A stretch of DNA of 64,000 bases, filler included, from Sphacelaria rigidula (taxonomy: Eukaryota), in assembly GCA_964200075.2 (NCBI GenBank). It is 3 parts of 3 records of this genome, joined end to end, with 100 filler letters (N's around TTAATTAATTAA, not from the genome) between each part and the next. Parts side by side here need not be neighbours in the genome. Positions count along the whole stretch, not along the records: positions 1 to 21,872 come from CAXNAA020000379.1; positions 21,973 to 43,817 come from CAXNAA020000380.1; 1 more part is not named here. The stretch is one strand, 5' to 3'. The position numbers and the translations under genes are program-made. This document shows, piece after piece, positions 11,831-26,373 of this stretch (position 1 is its first letter; each line of letters opens with the position of its first letter). The notes below the pieces were generated by a model. It saw only the letters and a list, made by a program, of their open reading frames with translations. It made no database searches and was not told where the DNA came from.

Positions 11831-14800
11831 ATCACGCGCAGTGCAAGAGTTATTCAACGACAGGGGGGAAAAAGATCGCTATTGTTTTTACAACGTGGGG
11901 TCCGTCGTTGACAAAGAAACTCACACGACGTGTTGAATAAGACAATACTTGGTTCTTGCGTCCGATTGAACACACATCTATGACCTTTTGCGAACTTGTT
12001 CCGCGACACAAGCACTATCTTAACTGAGACAGTACGACAGGGGACAGGGGCGCGGCGAGGATAGAGCTTCTACACCTTCCCGCCCTCCATCGTTGAACGA
12101 CTCGCAACTCCGTGATCCACAAATCAGCAATACATGCGTTCGCAGGATGAAAATTGAATCGATTCAGTGCACACTACTGTAGCGCAACAACGCAAGGGTT
12201 GAAAATGGAGAAGCTCCACGCATTCACCGGCAAAGAAGCGTGTTCGGGGAGAGAACAGATGACTGAATGCGCGCGGGGGACAGGCTAGATGGCCACGCAT
12301 CGAAGGGGAAGCGCTTTCTGCTAGTGTTATCGTTCCTCGCTTAGTCCCATACCCCGCCCGGGAGCATTAGAATGAACACGCGAGTAGATTCTTAGCGTTT
12401 ACCTTGATCAGTGGTGCATATGGTGGTGGTGTTGAGGTCAAGGGGTATGGTGCAGTCAGTATACAACTTTTGGCCAACTGTGGCATGCGTGCATATGCTT
12501 GTGTCCGTGAATGCACTGATACAGACATGATCGGCGCGTTGTTCTCTGCAGGGTGTGGCTGGTATATCGTTCTTGTTCAGTTCACTCCGTTTCTTGTATA
12601 GCTTTATCTCTTCGGCTTCTCTCTTTTCGAGTTGCCCTCTGAGTGTGTTTCCACGGTGTCCAGTGTAAGATACTTCGTTGAGTTAGCTGCCTAGACGCGT
12701 TTTTTCTGGGTCCGGGCTCTTGTTTTCTCCAGCGCATGTATGGTTTCCGTACGTCGCATCGTCGAACACCCCAACCCTGTGGTCAGTACTGTGCTGAGTA
12801 GTGTTGAAAAGCCATGAAATGAAGGCACCGCCACCCGTGTGCTTCACGACCTGCCTGCCGGTACAAGACAGACGACAGACAAAACCGAGATGGAGTGAAA
12901 GTAATCAACATTCGAAACGAGTCACTCCATTTTGTTGTCGGGAATTTGAAGTAGCCGGTCTTTTCGGTGAAAATGTGGGGCTAGCTGGTCGTCGAATCTG
13001 CTACAGCATGGCCACTTCACGTTCTAGCACCGTGCGCAATCGAAGTAATGATACCCAATCATCAATCGTCCTCAAAGTCATGTCGTCTCGAGCTCCGAAG
13101 CATCGATGCTTATCGGGTTGATGGGATACAGACATGAACTGCGGCAGGCAAAAAAGAGGTCGGCCCCTCTAAAGCATTGAGGTGAAGTTGCGTTGGTTAG
13201 GTGTTGATACCTATTCATAACTCTTGTACTGCAACAACGCGCAAGATCCCTGCCCCCTTCTAGAGGTCCATTCGCGATGTCGCGTCGCGGGAAAACCTTT
13301 GACAGCATTCGACCGAATCAAACCCGCACCACTTGTTGGGGGTTTGATCGAGCATTGTAGTACAAACCCCCAACCTTCAGTCTAATCCTCACGGCCTGCC
13401 TATAGCGTGCACTGACTGGGCCCGAGTCGGCGCGTGCCGGGCGCCAATGTCAGTTGACTCATGCTTCGAGTAATCTTCAGGAAGAGATCCGTGCGGGCAT
13501 TAGTATCAGTAGGGAAGCTTTGCCGGGTGGATCTACTTGCAAGCTGACTTCATCTTCATCAGATTTGTTTTGCGATAGTGTGGTGAATAGCAAGTTTCAT
13601 TCCTCGCACGAGAGGATGCACCGTGTCTGTCTTCTGTCTGGAAAAACACCTATTATAGCACCTGTGGAGGAGACGGAAGGAGTTGTCGCTGAACAGTTTC
13701 TGCACGCAGCGAGTGAACAAGATCACGTAAGAACCAGCTTGAAGAGCCTTCAGCCTCCCCTGGATATTCGTCGACGTTTGAGAGGTAACGATGAGGCGTG
13801 TGCTGTGCGGGCACGTTTTGCCGACGGTTAAATATTTCCGCGACAGCATGGAGGTCAGAGAACGTATACTGTAGATTTGATAATTGATGAGCGGCACATG
13901 ATGCGCACTGTTGAAAACACGTCGAGGTCGTGGCAATTTCATCAGCTTCAAGGATATTGATTCAAAGCAATGCCACGGTGAGAGTTCACTTTTTCTCTTT
14001 GGGGCTGACTCTTTGCTGTACGAGCCTCTCGGTGACAAAAGTCTGGTCCTCAGTGTGCAGCCTCACAAAACTTGTGGGCTGAAAAGTGCACCCCTATCGT
14101 GGGATTACTCTTCACGCCGTCGGAACCACTTGCATCCGCACTTATAGTTAACGTGAACAGCCAAACACATGGGAAAATGCATAGGCTGCGATCCCTTTCT
14201 GCGCTCTCCAATAATAACATCCGAGGTTCGGGTAAAATGGTCTTCAATAGCAACGGTAGCGCTACACTTCGACCAACGGCTGTAGAAAACCAGAAGACAT
14301 CTATTCATAGCGCAAAGGTGACCACACGGTATTACCAATCCAAACATCTCTCTGAAGGAATCACACCTGCACGTATCTGCACAATATACCCTCATCTAGC
14401 GTGTCGAACACGGTAGCATCGAACAGCACCACATCGCCATCGATCTACACCAAACGGAGGCGAGGAAAAAATAACGACGAGGAAGAGCTGCATACGATAA
14501 GATATCACGGTTCATCAGGGTACGCTCCGGAGAACATACCCATATACCCACCCCCGAACATGGGCCTGCCATCTCCGGTACACAAGGGTTAGACATATTT
14601 CTGCACATCTTGGGGTAATATCAACGTCTAACTGCCTTCCAATCTCAATTCCCTCGTGTGGACTATGGAGCTTCCACCGACTAATGTCTACAAAGCACAC
14701 GTTGCTGTTTCACATGAGCATCGCCTTTTGGATGACACGAACTCACTCGAGAGCATATTGAGAGCAAACATTTCAAAATCGCTAAACGCCCACCTACTGG

Positions 14801-15448
14801 AATGGAGCGCGCAGTTTATTGTGCAGTAGAACCCCTCGCCGTAGCCTTGATTGGCCATTGGTGATAGGCAAAACGTCTACCTTGCGTGCTGGAGAAATTC
14901 GATGGACAGCGAGATGCCGTGAAGTTGACCATGTTGGATCTCATGACAGAGCCATTAATCAACCTTCGTAGCCCGTGCGCTTGCCCGTGAACAAGTAGTG
15001 TTAGTACCATTTTTTTCTGTTTTCATGGCAAACATTATCCGAATGGTGTGTGTATTCTGGGTCTTGGATCATACCACTGTGATGCATACGTTCCACCACG
15101 AGCATATAAGACTCACCCAGTCGGCTCTCTTGAAAGTTGTGTGCTCGATCTTCCACGCGGCTATGTTCGTTCCAAGGTCAGGAAGATCAAGCCTGTTCAC
15201 GATTCGTCGTGCGAGAACCGCAATTTCCTAAAAGGCAAGCGCGGCAGCGAAAACGACCGAATGTGTTTGGTAGTCTTGGCGCAGAAATGTATGTGACGAC
15301 CCGTTGTGCCGTCCTGCTGGAGGGATGGAGCACATCACTGGGTCAACCTGTTCCCTCTGTAATACCGGGAGTATATTATTTGCAGCTTTCGGGCAACTCC
15401 GCTACTGCAGTATCAGGCGGTAATTGATCTATGGAGATTTGTGCTTAC

Positions 15449-18400
15449 ATCAGCACCACCTCGAACTACCTTCCAAACACTCCTTAACGTGACAGGAGGT
15501 ATACATCGCTTAGTACGCTTCGCTATTCCTATCAAAGCCAAGGAAGGGTCGAGAGACTGAAAGACTGTACTCACATACTTCACCGCGGAGCTTTCCAGGC
15601 ACCTCACTGCAGACCACTCTTGAAGAAGTGCGGCCGCCATGCCGGCTTGACCTCCAGACCCCGTCAGATCATAAAACGTCTGTCAGGAGAAAAAAGCGCA
15701 ACAGGGGTGTCGAGTTCTGTTTCCTTTGTCATCATTTGAACCCCCCTCCCCGGGACGAATTCGTATTCCCAAGATATTACGCCATCGTTGGTGGTGGAGT
15801 TTTAGCACTGGATCAGCACTCCCGTCGCCCGTGAACCTCGCAATCCACCGATCGCCTTTTAAGCAGCCCTCGTTCTCACGGCTTTGGACGACGACGCACA
15901 GAAATAATCAAGTCTTGCAATCTAAATCCGCTACACCCACCCACATGAGTGTGTGCGCGTCACTTTCACCAAAGGGGCGCGGCGGTACGTGCATACACCA
16001 CAAGAACACGAAAATTGAGACACGTTAAGTCATCCACAGAAGTAAATTCGTACTAGGTGAGCGACGTACTCTATACAGGCGGAACTCGATACACCTTATT
16101 TGCAGGTTCGCCGGAAGACAGCAAAAGAGCAAGCGATGATGGTTGAATCAGACGTTGAAACGAAAAAGGGAGAAATATGTCAAGGGTGTCAAGGGGTACT
16201 AAATGTTTAGATCAATGCGTTACCGTGTTTTTGCCAGCCCCCGTCCATGCAGCGTTTTCTCAAATAACATGGCGACATGAGATTTTTGGGAATCGTCGGA
16301 TCATTCTTCCATCGGAAACAACACGTTCAGCGTCGACCTGGTGTGTTCGTAACTCCTGCACCGGTGCGCCTGGTTGCAGACGTAACGGCCTCACAGTAGG
16401 GTTCGAATCTCTTCACCTCTGGGATCGGATTTGTCGTGTACGCATTTCGTGGGGGGATTGGCGCCACCGTACCCCCGCGGAAGAGTGGGGAAGATATTGA
16501 TCTTTGTTCTGCTTGCTGCATTTAAAAACATATCCTTATTTATTCTGTCTCCTAACTGTAGGCAGTGCCTTCCGGTCCTCTGGTGGATTCCAACCCTACC
16601 AGGCATTGGACAAATTGCGTTGTGATTTCTCCCCGTCGTTCCAGTATAAATAAATCAGCTCCTTGGGAGACCGAGAGAGCTAACTCTCGTCAATCACCCT
16701 ACCCACGCACAAGACAGAAATAGTACGAGACATATGACCAACACAGACACGGATGGGACAAGGCGGAATTCCAGAAGCCTGGTACGGTAACCAGATCAGA
16801 TCAGATCAGATCAGACCGGAACAGGTCAGACCAGGTCAGACCTGACCAGACCGGATCAAAGTATACGAGACATATCCTCCCCAAAAAACATGGCTTAACG
16901 ATAACTTTTCACCTTACGCCACCTGACACAACCTGCGAAAAGAGCGTACTCCGCGATGGGTTGGACACGATAGATTTAGTTCATAGAAAACATGCGTAAT
17001 CCCTGTGCCCCTCACGCGACCGCATCCATGTGTGCCTCCTACGCAATAATTGCACTGCCTGTCGCAAAAGTATACCTTAAACCGCAAGTCTTGATTAGCC
17101 AGCCCTCCGATCACAAGCAGCTGTGCTCCTAACGTGAAAAACTTCGCCTCCTCAATATCCGGAATGAGCTCTGTTGGGTTCTCGGACTCCTCGCTCACTC
17201 GCCGTTCTCCATGGATGCTACTTTGCATAGCGACTCGATGATAGCCCGAATGCTGCCGCTGACTTTTATCTGCTGCTAAAGCTCCTCCTTCCTGCTGTCT
17301 GTACGGGGGCGAAAGGGTACGTTGATTGACGACTTTGACCACCGGCAGTCCACCATATTATCAGGGATTGGGTATTGCTTTTGTCCACTAGGCTGGTCTA
17401 TTCAGCACTCCAACACACCAACACACAATGTGCAGAGTAGACACAAGGTGATTTCTTGGGAATGTGAGGTGGACCTACAGTAATCCCTCGACGTCTTCTG
17501 TGTTGAGTGCGTAGTGACACAAGAAGACAACAAGTACAATCACAATGCGCGCGGTTTTATCGTCACTATATTCTTGGGAGTGTTCGTCGTGCGCGCATAT
17601 CTTCACGAAGGCAACGCCAGAGTTAGTTGGCGTCTGACTCCAAGAAGTAGTCGTGTCGAAGTTCATCAATATCACCGGTACTGTCCCTTTACTTTCACAA
17701 GTACTGGGCAGTCTACGCAGACACCAGGAGGTTTGGACAAGGTGTATGCAGCTTACCTAGAGCCGGGACCCTTTCAGCGTAGAGGACCCTTCGAGAAATG
17801 TTCGTGTTCGCTCGTTCGTATATGTTCGAATCTGTAGAGTAGTCCACCTCTAGAACAGTCCACGAGGGTTCTATAAGTCACCGATATTCCACTTTTGGTT
17901 TACAATATACTTCGTGCTCTGCGCAAGAGCCAGGAGCTATTGATTGCGTCTTCAGCGTCGAAAACCCCGGGACATGTGCCGTTGGCCTGCCATGCGATGA
18001 GTTTCGGCCTTGCTTTGACTTTTGAATTTCGGTGCTTGCACTGTACTGTCTTCCCCCGTTAAATGGAAAAACACTGAAACACTGAAACACTGAAACACTG
18101 TCAGCCGCGAGGTCCGTGCGATCCATGTGATCAATAGAAGCACGTCGGCGCTCCACAGAGCGGTGCTACCGTAGTGTCGACATATTTCGGTACAATGGAC
18201 CATGTCAGCAGAACACGCTGTCACTCAGGTTGAAGAAAAAGCAAACCGACAGAAACGCGCACAAATGACACACGAAAAGAAAAGCACGGTTTAGACAGCG
18301 GAATCGGCAGGATGAGTTCGACACAGTGCTTGGTGATAAGTCTGGGCCGTGCCCAGAGTTGTGGCCTAGTTGTCCCAGCTCACAGTCCCGTCCTCTTCAT

Positions 18401-21285
18401 CGCCGTGTTGGTAGAAGTGCACATACCGCTAGACTGGAGAGGTGAACGCACTTTAATACAAGAGAGAGAACAAACAGCCTTGTTTCCGCGAAGAAAATGG
18501 ACCACACCATGACGAGATGGACAACGATTATTCTGAAACTTGCCGTGCGGCTATCCGTGGGTACAGGAGCACAAACCAAATGTTTGGAAAGACGGCTGCA
18601 CGAGCATTGAGTCCGAACGGGTTCCGATATCTGGGTGCACAGTTTGTTTCTCGCCGAATCGGCTAATGCATTCTTCATGTTATGGGAGCACGGTGCAACA
18701 TGCTCCGTGAACATTTATCATTACTCTATCAAGAAGAAGGTCTGGGAGATCCCAGGTTGCAGGAAATTGATGTCAGTAAAGTGCATGTTGATTGTAATAT
18801 GGCGTATTTGGCTTAACTCTTATGAAACGCTGAAGTGTTGCTGTTGGTCACGTGGACCATGCGGACCTCGCAGCTTGTAATATTTTTCTGTTTAAGAAGC
18901 GAAGAAACACAATCATCCGATTTGATTTGTGTAGAAAAAGGAGGGCAAAAAGCGGCCAAACGACACATGTCGCGAGCTTTCTGGAAAATAACAGGGACCC
19001 TCGACGCGATCAATAGGTCGAAGGAATCGCCTGGCTCTTGCGTGCAGCACGAAGTACTTCTGAGTAGAAACGTCGATGCTTCGCGGAACCAAACTTTCAA
19101 ATGCCAATGATCCGCGGAGTTATGATCGGTTGAATACAAGGATATACATGAATATCAATAATATGTCCTGTACGTCGATACAGATGTGTGCTCTAGATAA
19201 TGCACATCTTGGTTGGGGACGACGTGATGTAATATGTCGTCGTCAAGGGCGGTGCTCGCGAACACAGACAGGGACATGCTACTCATCTCCAGCGTCGGGG
19301 TTAGAGCCGTCGAAGGTCAGCCATTTGATACGATTTGGAAAAGAGGTCTGGCGACTAAGGCATTACGCGCATATTGACTGGAACGCTGCCTCTCGTTTTA
19401 ACAGGGTTAAAAAACAATGGTGTTGCTACTTCCGTCTTCTCGACGACATCGACATCCTATCGTACATGGGCAAGGTCATGGTTTATAAGCTGAAATGGAC
19501 GAAGGGTATGACTCTCGGCCGACATACATACGTGCTCCTTCCGTGCGATATCATGAAGCTGCGGGTCCGCGCTGGAAGAACTTTCGCCGGAACAGGTGTC
19601 ATTGCAGCCTCAATGTCAATGCCTCAACATCAATTCCTCAACATCAATGCCTCAATACCAAAAGTCAGTCATGGCAGTCCAAACATGCCGCGCTGTGTGA
19701 ACGGAGGGAGCTATCCAATGTCAGATATTTACATGACGAATTGATAGGTCAACCAAAAGCCACACATCATGGATCAAGGAGTAAGATGTGATCCTAAACC
19801 TAGCTCTAGCCCTTATCCACACAGACGTCGGTGAGACACGCGCCAACCTCACAAGACATGTCTGATGGTTTCACTTGCTGTAATGTTTTAGGCAAACTCA
19901 AACTTACTACATACACTGGATTATGTAGACAAGGACTCCCCCAACTCTGTTCGGTCACTGTAACCCGTCCGCAATGGTGATCATATCCAGGGCTGTATTA
20001 CAGCATATGTACTGCTATGGGGTACTGTGACGTACATTTTTCTGTCCCGTACTGACTGTTATTGGTGATATTAAGACGTGCACTTCCCTGCTCTGTGATG
20101 TACTTCCGATACGGGTTTCACATTGCCACGTGCTGTGATGGACCACACTGTACTGCTGTGTCACAAACACATGTAGAGACCCCGCATGCCATGCACCAGA
20201 TCGCAACAACCATTGACTGCTGATTGCAATACACCCTGGCGGATACATCACATTACCTACAACTGTGCGCAATACTAGCATCAAAATGATGAAAACCCCC
20301 ATGAATCCTACGGCACAAGGTACATTTGATCGTGAGCAGGAATGACGGAACAGTAGGTGGCCGTTCAAACAAAATCGAACAAATGGTTGATGAAGTAATA
20401 CTCGGAATATTACTTGCAACAGTACTGCACGGTGCATCGTTACGCATAGATTTCATGTATGAAGATCGTTCCCCTACTACTGTACAGTATTTCTTCCTCT
20501 TTTCTCCTCTTTCCCTGCCCTGTTTCTCTGCCCATCTTTTTTTCGTTATTTCTCTTTATAAGTCTACTCTGTTCTCTCTTTTGTCCTTCTTTCTTCTTCC
20601 TTCGCCCTTCTCCCTTCTTTCTATTTACCCTTTCTCGAGCTTCCTCCAGCGAGTGCTTTTTCCGTACATGCACATCGGGTGCGTCTATCTTGGATCATCA
20701 GTTAATATAATTACTGATGTGCGGCAATCAAGGGCAGATATCCATAAAAAAATAATTCAACGTACACGATAGATCGATAGATGGCAGCTTTTCCCCCTCG
20801 CAGCTACCCATCTCCAGGCACACGCGTATCCATCCACGTAAGCACACAACTCAGACCGCAGAGTTCAGTCCTTCTGAAGGCGGTTGTGACCCGTGCATCG
20901 AGTATTTTAGGCCCCAATCCCATGATAAAAGTTTATAGGCAAACGGGTACGAAAACAAATCCCTCGTCCGATTTTTTTGTGTTTGCGTTCGATGCCTCTC
21001 TTCATCCGTTTCTCTGCGCCTTGATCTTTGATGTCCTACCATATCACGTAGGCTTGTATATTTCACGTGCATATCTGATTAGAGATGCACATATTTTAAG
21101 CGCGGGTTTTGTTTTTGTGCACAGGTACCTGAAGCCATGCGATATGGACCCGCCTTCTTTCTCTCCCTCTTGCTTTAGTTCATTCGATCACGCTGTTTTC
21201 TCTTTTCCTGACTTCTTCACCTTTCCCCTTTTCTCGGGATATTTTCCTTCAGGGAATAAGCTGGTGTTGTTTTCGTTTGTATGTT

Positions 21286-21316
<31 letters not shown>

Positions 21317-22989
21317 GTCTATCTCGTTCTGACCACCGTTAGAGTCATGGCGGACCAGCCGGTATGCATGAACAGCAGTCAATGAACCAATCTATCACTC
21401 CGTCAATCAAATACTGCATGTGCGTAGAGAAATCTACACGAATCTATACAGTGTGGCGAAACATGGAACATCAACATCCATCGTGAGAAGTGAACGATTT
21501 ATCTGGCTACGTCCGCTTAGCTGGCAAAGCTTTCCACACGCTGGACGACCTGAATAACGACTCGTCCACATTCAACGTTCTCATGAATCAATCGAACGTA
21601 CACTCTTACTACCCGCAATTCATACGGCACGGCTCTCTCGCAAATTATGTCCATCCACCAATGACCCATCAATCATTATCACAGCAAAATCAAACGTATT
21701 TTTTCCATTTATGTGTTGTGCGGTCTATGCAACTGGAATAAATGGGGTATATTTTTCCCACCGGTTAGACACCCCTGAGGCAGTGTAAAAGCCATGGCTG
21801 TCTCTGGAAGTGGCGATCCCACAACGTAAAGCAACTCATTGCAGGCTGTCATCCAAATGCAAGAGATTCAGTNNNNNNNNNNNNNNNNNNNNNNNNNNNN
21901 NNNNNNNNNNNNNNNNTTAATTAATTAANNNNNNNNNNNNNNNNNNNNNNNNNNNNNNNNNNNNNNNNNNNNTTTTGGTTCGGTCATCAGTTTGTGTTTG
22001 TCTCTACCATATACACTACGTATGCATATCTAGGTTATATATGCTGGTCTCCGCACATTTGAATACATCTACAGTTCACGCCCATCTCGATTCAGCTCTG
22101 TAGAGGGATCTGTACTTTCGCCATTTATCTGCAACGGATGCCTTCGGGGTGCGATAGGGTGTTGTGCGCCGCAAAAACAAAATGGAACGTTGGAGGAGAT
22201 CTCCAATCACTGTACAGTGCCTGACCTGCTGAGACGCGAGTGCGATCATCATGTGGGTCCAGCCTGCCGTGGTGTTCATTGTTGGGGGCGCTGAACTGAC
22301 CACATGATGTAGAATGCGCTGTGAAGCCCACAACCTGTCCGTATACAAAGTGTGGAGCCGTGGTGTATCTAGTAACCTCGCGCTCAGGTTTTTGATCTCC
22401 TGTTTGCCGCTGACGGGTAGGGCGTGTATCGACGAGAGCACAAAGTGCAAGGCCTTCCGTGTCTCGTTTCGACTCATGAGACCCGTTTGTCTTTGTTTGT
22501 CACATTCCGCTTTCGATTCGGGATCTGCAGACATTGGCATGGCGAACATCTTGAGTTCGGGAACTTGAGCAACCTGTTCATGGCCTTTTTTCTCACTAGA
22601 TTAGAAAAGTAGGTATATTTTTTCGTCAAACACTGTCGAGAAGTCCCCCCCTCCCCCTCCTCCCGTCGAACAAAATCCTGCCTTTTGCCTGTAGCGCCAC
22701 GAATGTTCGATTGAGGCTATAATCAACACTATCACGGACTGCTATCTCAGAGGAGTCTTTGGTCTTCACAAATGTAAGCCCGCATTGCACGTATCACATG
22801 GATCTTGTCTCCGGCGTGAACCATGGGCATGCGCCTGGTCATTGGTGTGTGGGTTGACTCCCCACCTGGCGAATCGAGCTCAATGGCTTCGATACTAATG
22901 ATTGCGTTTGAGCCCGCTAGCCTGGTGCCCACTGAACTGGCACCACTCCAGCTAGAGAATCGAACCATGACATATATGCTATCCACATT
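15449..22989 (-). CDS. Unidentified multi-exon protein-coding gene (partial)
   Basis: Five consecutive AG/GT-bounded, phase-compatible, stop-free exons: 19093-18867, 17497-17475, 17298-17076, 16555-16417, 15606-15449. A second compatible pair: 22989-22866 and 22563-~22080. No family recognised. Confidence 0.5.
16791..16858. repeat. Pentanucleotide microsatellite (CAGAT/CAGAC)n
   Basis: Seen directly: CCAGATCAGATCAGATCAGATCAGACC... Confidence 0.85.
21770..21853 (+). repeat. Dispersed repeat, copy 1 (second copy at 63917-64000)
   Basis: CACCCCTGAGGCAGTGTAAAAGCCATGGCTGTCTCTGG...AAAGCAACTCATTGCAGGCTGTCATC is shared with the end of the window. Confidence 0.85.
21873..21972. other. Assembly gap with TTAATTAATTAA spacer
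   Basis: 100 nt of N with a central all-frame-stop 12-mer (21917-21928); identical layout at 43818-43917. Confidence 0.97.
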
Positions 22990-23826
22990 CTGTTCATATG
23001 ATATAAACCATGTGAATATGTTGGTTCTCACCTGTCACCTGTCATTTCATGGGGCGCAACCTTTTGATGGTGCGGCCCTGGTGCAGGTGGGGTAGGCAGA
23101 TAAGAGTGTAAAAGGCGAACCCCTCAAAAGCAGAATCTGCAATAAACCCAGTTTCAATTTTTATACTCACACGTAACACGTCAACTTTAGTAGAACAACA
23201 CACACGTCTGCGTGCCCCGAGCGCTTTTTCTGGCCAGTTTTTATCCCCAAGCTATGCTATTTTGACAGTAATTGTGGTTGCATGCTGTGTTCCAATGTAC
23301 AGTTGAACTTAACACGATGTATACAATACCACGAACACTTGCGAAGAACACAACACCAGCGCGAGCTGTCCTCCCATGCTCGCGGGAGTTTCTGGAAACC
23401 TCCGGCAGCGTATTCTGCAGTCCGCGGAGAGTACGGTACAGCATGGCACAGCAAGCATCTGCGCACTTAGAGTGATTCTTCTAGTTGTTTATTTTCTCAT
23501 GATATATGTAGCGTGAACCGCGTGATTTATGTACATGTTTTCCGCCTTCCGTTCGTGAGCATGAATCATATATTCACGTTTGCCAGCTCACATTCATACG
23601 AGGCGAATCAAGCGTACATATGTCTCCCCTTTCATCAGTGCACATGAATCGTATGCACGCGTTCTGCACCTTCCATTCATATGAAGTAAATCCCACGTAC
23701 ATGTTTCATGTTTCCCATTTCCCGTTCATGCAGCATGAATCATACGCGCATGTTCCACCTTCCGTCCATACGAGGTGAATCAAGCGTACACGTTTCCCAC
23801 CCTCCGATCATGCAGCATAAGTCGTA

Positions 23827-25976
23827 CAAGGGCAGGTCGAGTAGAGCATACTCAATACTCGGTATTTTATAAACGTCATAATTTTAGTTGCCAAAATATG
23901 CGTAGAGTATTTGAGGTCGTACTCAATTTACCCAAAAATTGAGGAGAGTCTTTGAGGTCATACTTAATCTACACAAAAATGGAGTAGAGAACTGAGGTCA
24001 TCCTCAAGTGATAATCTATGCTCAAGTATTACTGAGCGTGCTTTCCCATTATTTTAGTAGAGGTTGAGGTCGTACTCAATCTATCCAAATTTTGGGTGAA
24101 GTATTGGAGTCATACCCACGTGAAACTCTTTACTCAAGAGTTATGGGAGCACTTAACCCATACTTTAGTAGAGGATTTAAGGTCGTACCCAATCAATCCA
24201 AAATTTGAGTAGAGTATTGAGGCCATACCCAATCTACCACACGTCTAACAACTCATGAGTTAACTCAGTTACGCTGTATATCTCACCTGGCCGGAATGTT
24301 CACCGCTGAGTTATACAGTATACCTCACCCTGCCAGAACATGCACCGCTGACGTACACTGTATAACTCACTTGACCAAGATATGCATCGGTGAGTTATTT
24401 TCTATACCTCACCCGGCCAGAATGTGCAACGCTGAGTTATACTGTACAAGCTACTTGACCAAGATATGCATCGATGAGTTATAGCTTATAACTCACCCGG
24501 TCGGAATGTGCAAAACTGACTTGTAGTTCATAGCTCACCTGATCAAGATATTATGCATAACTGAAATATAGTATATAACTCACCCGGCCAGAATGTGCGT
24601 AACTGAGTTATAGTTGATGATTCACCAGCCCAGATTTTGCATCGCTGAGTTGTAGTTCATAACTCACCCGGCCAGAATAGGCAGCGCTGAGTGGTGCTGC
24701 TACAAATCGCTCGTGAGTTATTGGAAAATGAGTTATGAAGAACAACTCACCCTACCGAAAACACACAGAAGACAATGATCGACACTAATCACTCATGGAA
24801 GAGGAAACGCGTGATCACGTACGTAACACGTCTGCTGGTACACATAGCGTGAGAAGCCTCGGCATATATATCAATACTGCCGCAGGTGTAACATGAAAAC
24901 ATGTACATTATTTTACGAGTATAAAATACGAAAATAAGGTTGTTTCTTACGATATGTTTTCTGGGGACGCGGGCGGGGTTCATGTGCCGTAGCACCGCTA
25001 GAGTTCGTGGTGGATGCCATTGTAGATGATCGTATCGTGTGTCGCATTCAAGGCAATTCTCTATGATCGTCGTGCACGCGCCGAGCGTGTGGGTATGGGT
25101 GTGGAAGGGGGGATGTCACACAACCTGAGGGGAAACGACGAGCTATCTCAATAAAACTCAGAACTCAGAAGATAAGAGCGAGTGATGTGGTCGTGTTATG
25201 ACTTAGGGGGTAAATGTTGGTTTTCTCAGAACTCCGAACACAGAACTGCTCAGAACTCCGAACACAAACCTGAGTGACATGACTGTGTTACATGAGTTCA
25301 GGGGTACATGTAAGCTATCCTCGAAGTCAAAACTCAAATGTAAGGTGCATCTCTGTGTACAAAATGAGCTGTTTCAGAACTCAGAATACATAACTGAGCT
25401 GCTCCACATCACTTTTTCAATCTTTGATTTTAATTCTACAATTCATTCACCCGGCCAGAATGTACACCACTGATTTATCTTTTATAACTCACCTGCCGAA
25501 GATATGCATCGATGGGCTATCTTTTACAACTCACTCGGCCAGAATGTCCACCACTGAGTCATAGTTTATAACTTACCCGGCCCGAATATGCATAACTGAG
25601 GTATGGTGTATAACGCACCTGATCAAGATATGCATAACTGAGTTATAGTTTTTAACTCACCCGGCCACAATGTGCATAGTTGAATTTTAGTTGTCAACTC
25701 ACCTGCCCGAGATATGCATAACCGAGTTATAGTTGATAACTAAGCTCGCCAGATTTTGCATCGCCGAGCGATGCTGTACAACTCACCCGACCAAACTGGG
25801 CACCGCTTAGTGATGCTGCTAAAACTCATCGGTGAGTTATGTCAAAAAGAGTTGACTCGTGGTAACTTGAGTTGAGTTGTCCAACGTGTGCAATCTAACC
25901 AAAAATGAAGTACAGTAAATACTCGGGTAATTTTCAAGATTGTTCTAAAGTATATACTTTACTCGACCTGCCCTTG
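23827..25976. mobile_element. Non-autonomous TIR element A with ~36-37 bp internal subrepeats
   Basis: Perfect 17-bp TIR CAAGGGCAGGTCGAGTA (23827-23843) / TACTCGACCTGCCCTTG (25960-25976). Internal GAGTAGAGTATTTGAGGTCATACTCAATCTACCCAAAA-type units. No TSD seen. Confidence 0.8.
24238..25890. mobile_element. Non-autonomous hAT-like element B nested in element A
   Basis: TIRs CACACGTCTAACAACTCA / TGAGTTGTCCAACGTGTG; 8-bp flanks CAATCTAC and CAATCTAA (7/8 match); ~41-bp subterminal arrays (AACTCACCCGGCCAGAATGTGCA... / AACTCACCTGACCAAGATATGCATC...). Confidence 0.8.
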
Positions 25977-26373
25977 CACTATTTCCACCGGTGGGTCTAT
26001 CGTGGAGGAGTCAGATATGCGGCCCGTAGAATCGCTCATTTTGGCAATACCTACCCGACTACCCGTCGACTTAACTACCCAATGATGATGAGTAGCGCTT
26101 TGTATCGAAACTGATGTCGAACAGGCTGCGAGTTATGAAGTATGTACTGCCATAGGTGGGGGCAGGTGAGCTGGGGCAGATAGGTTCATTTACCTGCACG
26201 CTTTTCTTGTGTTTTTATGGCCACCATTCCCTCACCCTCATTGTAGTGCGTGACGTAATGCCACTCATCTCATTGATGACCGTCGTTCGCCCATATATTC
26301 AACATAGTCTGTAAAGTGATGTCACGAACTCGCCGGCGGTCACGGTCACTCATCATACCCTATTGATAATCGA

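Noticed and set aside
13481-14317. Two phase-compatible plus-strand candidate exons (13481-13826, 14148-14317)
   Set aside because: Weak splice sites and no recognisable protein similarity; cannot be supported without transcripts.
21917-21928. TTAATTAATTAA palindrome inside N runs (also 43862-43873)
   Set aside because: Identical placement in two 100-nt gaps indicates a scaffolding spacer, not biology.
24250-25860. Regular ~41-bp repeats resembling a CRISPR array
   Set aside because: Units are contiguous degenerate tandem repeats without unique spacers, bounded by TIR and TSD; no cas genes; eukaryotic context.
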